A stretch of DNA of 64,000 bases from contig CAZEMC010000007.1 in assembly GCA_964513385.1 (NCBI GenBank), positions 21,552 to 85,551 on the forward strand, written 5' to 3'. Shown here in pieces: positions 63,684 to 64,000 of the stretch; position 1 is the stretch's first letter; each line of letters opens with the position of its first letter. The stretch comes from an uncultured Candidatus Saccharibacteria bacterium (lineage in GTDB: Bacteria; Patescibacteriota; Saccharimonadia; Saccharimonadales; UBA4665). The notes below the pieces were generated by a model, which did no database searches, was not told the DNA's origin, and worked only from the letters and a program-made list of their open reading frames with translations. Both the position numbers and the translations under genes were made by a program.

Positions 63684-64000
63684 ATGGAGCAGTACGAGAG
63701 CGCGGCGTGCCAAGCGATAGCACAACCGATTGAAGCGGCCTGGCGAGTAAGTCCATACGAACTGCTGAAACTCAAGACCGTATGGTACTATGCAATTTTG
63801 GATCCATATGCCGTTACGGCTGTTTTTGAGCCAGAAACGCGTGACGAGGTATCATGGACGTTCAGTCGGGAGCTCCTGCATGCGGCGCTCACTGCTCAGC
63901 AGCTAGGCGTGGTAACTTTAGGGGACGTGCGACTGGCAGCCGGAGGGCTATTTTCTACGGAGGACTTAACCGATAGCGCATGGAAATCTGGGGTGCAGAT
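63684..64000 (+). CDS. SsgA/SsgB-like (SALP family) protein, 3'-truncated by the window end
   Basis: Hand-translated open frame with no stop to 64000. LDPYAVTAVFEPETRDEVSWTFSRELLHAAL...LGDVRL resembles the SsgB core DPYAV..F......V.W.F.R.LL..L....GDVR. TATAAT lies 8 nt upstream of the ATG. Confidence 0.55.
   Translation, partial: MEQYESAACQAIAQPIEAAWRVSPYELLKLKTVWYYAILDPYAVTAVFEPETRDEVSWTFSRELLHAALTAQQLGVVTLGDVRLAAGGLFSTEDLTDSAWKSGVQ

Noticed and set aside
63517-63756. 79-aa minus-strand ORF
   Set aside because: It overlaps the promoter and 5' end of the better-supported SsgB-like plus-strand frame and runs through a terminator hairpin.

Overview
This 64-kb window is a compact bacterial chromosome segment of moderate GC by eye, with about 70 protein genes, 7 tRNAs and no rRNA. 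I saw no CRISPR array, transposase, integrase or reverse transcriptase. TGA is used as a stop, so this is the standard code. Housekeeping genes include secE-nusG-(ORF)-rplK-(ORF)-rplA, ligA, trpS, holB, rluD, secG and rpmG. Metabolic content includes a dTMP module (dcd plus a Tmk-ThyX fusion), rdgB, an oxidative pentose-phosphate operon (pgl-gnd-zwf), an alpha-glucan cluster (GT4/5-like synthase, GH57, GH15) and ino1 with a divergent LysR regulator. There are also many envelope or secreted proteins: GH16, a beta-helix protein, an FN3/Ig protein, a DD-carboxypeptidase, LemA/HtpX and PspC. Gene content suggests a reduced-genome Patescibacteria (Saccharibacteria-like) organism carrying some actinobacterial-type genes (SsgB-like, ino1, DUF4190); this is inference only. 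The most unusual signal is non-coding. (1) A four-copy modular element has a conserved 5' box, a hypervariable but always perfect hairpin, and a covarying G-rich hairpin. (2) A five-copy MITE-like family is bounded by GTCAT...ATGAC, with one nested copy and one copy inside an older inverted repeat. (3) A three-copy ACCAA/TTGGT element fills spacers between co-directional genes. (4) A 165-nt rod-like element occurs in two copies with compensatory changes in its terminal stem. (5) Nearly every other spacer carries a pair of mutually complementary low-complexity word tracts, each with its own word. Two ORF-free, hairpin-dense regions (about 2030-2533 and 18540-18896) may encode structured RNAs. 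Both tRNA clusters are flanked by AT-richer nuclease-like genes (LAGLIDADG-like, HNH). All functional calls come from reading motifs in the supplied translations; no database search was possible.
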